Shown piece after piece: positions 13,546 to 15,189 of a DNA stretch of 15,189 nt. The stretch is from an uncultured Methanosarcinales archaeon. Lineage in GTDB: Archaea; Nanobdellota; Nanobdellia; Woesearchaeales; GW2011-AR9. Every line of letters begins with the position of its first letter. Position 1 is the first letter of the stretch. The notes below the pieces were generated by a model. It was not told the origin of the DNA, searched no databases, and was given only the letters and a program-made list of their open reading frames with translations. Where the stretch lies: positions 10,915 to 26,103 of the forward strand of contig CAZIUU010000012.1 of assembly GCA_964542815.1 (NCBI GenBank), in the 5' to 3' direction. Position numbers and translations under genes: made by a program.

Positions 13546-15189
13546 TCACCCAAAATAACTATCTTTATTCGGCTTCTCTTTTATCTGCTTGGCTCGGGCA
13601 GAACTGAAGTAGTTTTCCAATTCTTTGTACGCTTTTTCTACATCCTCATCTACGGAACCTTTTACCAAGCTTAACGCTTTAATAACATGCGAGAACGTAA
13701 CTTTCTTAAGTATATTAGCATCAATAGATTCTCGTAAAGCGAGCATACCTGCTTCCCGGCACACCCCTTCAATATCTGCTCCCACATACTTCTCAGTCTT
13801 CTCTGCCAATAGTTGAGTAAATTTAGAAATCTGTTCTGGAGTTCCGGAACTAGTCTGCTCAACAGCAGTATTTGAAGCAGGAAGCTCAGTTTGAACCGCC
13901 AATTCAGGAACTACTTTTGCTTTCTTTGATTTAGGCTTTTCAACTTTTACTGCATCTTTAAGCTCGTCATTATCCACACTACTGTAATCTACTGCCATCT
14001 CTTTAAGATGCACTTCAAAGATTTTCTTTCTACCATCTACATCTGGAATAGAAGTATAAATCATGCGGTCAAATCTTCCCTGGCGAAGCAAAGCTGGATC
14101 TACAATATCAGGTCTATTGGTAGCAGCAATTACTAGCACATCATTTAAGCTTTCTAAGCCATCCATCTCAGTAAGAACTTGGTTGACAATCTTATCGCTA
14201 GAACGATTACCTTCGCCTTGCGAACTTCCTCTTCGGGGAACTAACGCATCTATCTCATCAAAGAATAAAATCGTCGGAGCAGTCTGCCGCGCTTTTCTGA
14301 ATATTTCACGCACTGCTTTTTCTGATTCACCGACCCATTTGCTCAATAAACTAGGACCATTTACCAATATGAAATTAGATTCGCTTTCTTTAGCCACCGC
14401 TTTGGCCAATAAAGTTTTACCGGTTCCCGGCGGACCGTATAATAAAATCCCCCGCGGCGGCCTAATGCCCATCTTCTTAAATAATTCAGGATGTTTCAAC
14501 GGCCATTCCACCGCTTCTTTTAATTTATCTTTAATCTCTTCCATTCCACCAATATCAGTCCAATTAACATCGGGAGTTTCCACTAAAACTTCGCGCATGG
14601 CGCTGGGGCGAACAATCTTCAACGCTTCGGTAAAATCATGCTGGGTTATCATCAGCTTTTCTAATACTTCTTTGGGGATGGGCTGTTCATCTTCTTTTCC
14701 GTCCATCTTTAAATCAGGAAGAATTCTGCGCAGTACAATCATGGCTGCTTCTTTAGCCAGCGCATTCAAATCTGCTCCTACAAATCCATGAGTTACATTA
14801 GCTATCTCTTTCAAATTGATATTTTTATCCATAGGCATATTTCGGGTGTGAATTTTCAGAATGTCTAATCTTCCCTGCTTGTCTGGAACATTAACCTCTA
14901 TTTCCCGATCAAATCTTCCCGGACGCCTTAACGCCGGATCTAAAGAATTGGGCATATTGGTAGCGGCAATAACAATTACTTTCCCGCGGCTTTTCATACC
15001 ATCCATTAATCCTAACAATTGCGCAACTACCCGTTTTTCTACTTCTCCACGAGTTTCTTCTCTTTTAGTAGCGATAGCATCAATTTCGTCAAAGAAGATA
15101 ATAGACGGAGCATTCTGTTCGGCATCTTCAAATTTCTTTCTTAGATTGGCTTCAGATTCGCCATACCACTTGCTCATTATTTCCGGACC
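13546..15189 (-). CDS. cdc48: Cdc48/VCP/VAT-type AAA+ ATPase (part of D1 plus D2); N-terminus lies outside the window
   Basis: The frame stays open to the right edge ([13 protein letters not shown]). D1 shows Walker B IIFFDEID and [23 protein letters not shown]2 shows Walker A GPPGTGKT, Walker B ILFFDEID and [20 protein letters not shown]. Confidence 0.92.
   Translation of the reverse strand, partial: GPEIMSKWYGESEANLRKKFEDAEQNAPSIIFFDEIDAIATKREETRGEVEKRVVAQLLGLMDGMKSRGKVIVIAATNMPNSLDPALRRPGRFDREIEVNVPDKQGRLDILKIHTRNMPMDKNINLKEIANVTHGFVGADLNALAKEAAMIVLRRILPDLKMDGKEDEQPIPKEVLEKLMITQHDFTEALKIVRPSAMREVLVETPDVNWTDIGGMEEIKDKLKEAVEWPLKHPELFKKMGIRPPRGILLYGPPGTGKTLLAKAVAKESESNFILVNGPSLLSKWVGESEKAVREIFRKARQTAPTILFFDEIDALVPRRGSSQGEGNRSSDKIVNQVLTEMDGLESLNDVLVIAATNRPDIVDPALLRQGRFDRMIYTSIPDVDGRKKIFEVHLKEMAVDYSSVDNDELKDAVKVEKPKSKKAKVVPELAVQTELPASNTAVEQTSSGTPEQISKFTQLLAEKTEKYVGADIEGVCREAGMLALRESIDANILKKVTFSHVIKALSLVKGSVDEDVEKAYKELENYFSSARAKQIKEKPNKDSYFG

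Noticed and set aside
14063-14791. 242-aa plus-strand ORF antisense to cdc48, and the short ORFs at 13625-13816 (+) and 13671-13862 (-)
   Set aside because: These are shadow ORFs on the antisense strand or in an alternative frame of a highly conserved AAA+ gene. Composition is Ser/Leu/Pro-rich and low in complexity, and there are no promoter or SD signals.
1-15189. Search for CRISPR arrays, transposases, integrases, long direct or inverted repeats, and rRNA genes
   Set aside because: Reading both strands, I found no regularly spaced repeats, no DDE, tyrosine or serine recombinase motifs, and no rRNA-like G+C-rich blocks other than the tRNA and the SRP RNA.

Overview
The window is AT-rich and densely packed with genes. 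I read it as an archaeal chromosome segment, probably from a small-genome, DPANN-like lineage; that placement is inference only. Archaeal markers are GatE, a short archaeal-type triosephosphate isomerase, a Cdc48/VCP AAA+ ATPase cut by the right edge, and an archaeal SRP (7S) RNA that the ORF track misreads as a 68-aa ORF. A 130-nt tRNA gene folds as tRNA-Pro(CGG) only if two non-canonical introns are removed. TTTAAA-type TATA boxes sit about 23-30 nt upstream of operon-first start codons, while internal genes carry GGAGG Shine-Dalgarno sites. Several genes of typically bacterial type lie within this backbone: an ArmA/RmtB-family 16S rRNA m7G1405 methyltransferase (cut by the left edge), a DUF523/TudS-like protein, a DUF1461/TIGR01906 (Lit-like) membrane protein, and two divergently transcribed SLT lytic-transglycosylase-like proteins. 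One SLT-like protein is a lipobox lipoprotein with a split catalytic domain, and its gene is followed 3 nt later by a radical SAM/SPASM enzyme. This locus (6333-10272) is the most unusual in the window. I propose it, as a hypothesis only, as a secreted cell-wall-attack or host-interaction module with a dedicated protein maturase. Other content: a wHTH-MNT/HEPN toxin-antitoxin-like pair heading a seven-gene overlapping operon that includes tpiA, SlyD with a Cys-rich tail, an SPFH protein with a large charged insertion, and a Lys-rich nucleic-acid-binding-like protein. I saw no CRISPR array, transposase, integrase or long repeat.
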